Below, in pieces: positions 17,560-18,141 of a stretch of DNA of 18,141 nt (position 1 is the first letter of the stretch; every line of letters begins with the position of its first letter). Source of the stretch: an uncultured archaeon (lineage in GTDB: Archaea; Asgardarchaeota; Lokiarchaeia; Sigyniarchaeales; SOKP01); contig CAYLZE010000106.1 in NCBI GenBank assembly GCA_964388035.1, positions 1-18,141 on the forward strand, read 5' to 3'. Under the pieces are notes generated by a model, which was not told the origin of the DNA, ran no database searches, and saw nothing but the letters and a program-made list of their open reading frames with translations. A program made the translations under genes and the position numbers.

Positions 17560-17791
17560 TAAAAATAAAAAAGAACTTCAATTTTTAACCTTAAGAACGC
17601 TTTATTTAACATTCTTTAAATAAGAAGAAATTTGGGTAATTAAAGGAAAGGGTTAAAAAGCATTTTTAAGGGTAAAGAGCGTAAAGAATTCTAATTAAAC
17701 ATAAATTGAATAAAAAATATAAATGTTTATTTTGATTTTATTTATAGATACTCTCATTAAAGCATAAAGACAATTAAAAAAGGTAATTTGT

Positions 17792-18054
17792 ATGACTTAT
17801 ATCCGAAAAAGAGAGGAAATATTAAATAAATTTAAAGTATTGATGAAGGAGTTTACTGGAAAAAACATTTCAGATGAAGAGATAATAGAAAAATGTATAA
17901 ATTATTCTATTGAACATATAAAAGAGTTATTATTAGAAAAAAATGAAGTTCTTGATTTAAACAATGATTTTAAAAAAAAATTCTCTCTGGGACTCAAAAT
18001 AGTGAACTTTACCATTTAGATAAAACTGATGATGAATTAATTTATGGTATATAG
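17792..18054 (+). pseudogene. Antitoxin (VapB-like) gene with a frameshift in an A9 run
   Basis: The 75-aa ORF crosses A9 at 17972-17980. The -1 frame continues ILSGTQNSELYHLDKTDDELIYGI* to TAG 18052-18054, giving 87 aa. The DxxIYG ending and the position directly before a PIN N-terminus fit an antitoxin. Confidence 0.55.
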
Positions 18055-18076
18055 TTAATTTTAAAGCTATTTTTGT

Positions 18077-18141
18077 ATACAAATAACAATTTTATTAGAT
18101 AGTAACTTTATATTTGCTTTAATTGCTAAAAAAGATAAAAA
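18077..18141 (+). pseudogene. 5' end of a PIN-domain (VapC-like) toxin gene; runs off the window and has no canonical in-frame start
   Basis: Reads IQITILLDSNFIFALIAKKDK, the PIN N-terminal motif (hhhDS/TN...AL...D). There is an in-frame TAA at 18062-18064 and only ATA codons are available as starts. Confidence 0.6.

Noticed and set aside
1-18141. CRISPR array, tRNA/rRNA, IS/transposase or integrase
   Set aside because: No regularly spaced direct repeats, cloverleaf-like GC-rich segments, terminal inverted repeats or recombinase motifs were seen.

Overview
AT-rich archaeal chromosomal DNA. The gene content (DRG GTPase with TGS domain, GAGGTGA Shine-Dalgarno, TTG/GTG starts, a wHTH plus V4R-like regulator, paralogous DUF169 genes, stand-alone SCP2) suggests an Asgard/Lokiarchaeia-like genome; this placement is inference. 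From left to right: the 3' part of a radical SAM/SPASM gene, two class I methyltransferases, two hypotheticals, a TauE/SafE permease, a minus-strand run of an SdsA1-like metallo-beta-lactamase hydrolase and two DUF169 genes, a DRG GTPase, MFS, nitroreductase, SDR, a multi-Fe-S protein, a DUF5678/PIN scar, a third DUF169 divergent from SCP2, the wHTH regulator, and a frameshifted antitoxin-like gene followed by the start of a PIN toxin at the right edge. The main find is a palindromic motif, consensus CAGTGAT-W-ATCACTG, seen four times, each in an upstream region: before the hydrolase-DUF169-DUF169 run, before the Fe-S gene, between DUF169 and SCP2, and before the regulator itself. It ties these dispersed genes into a candidate regulon for handling a hydrophobic compound, built on function-unknown DUF169 proteins. 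No rRNA, tRNA, CRISPR array or transposase was seen.
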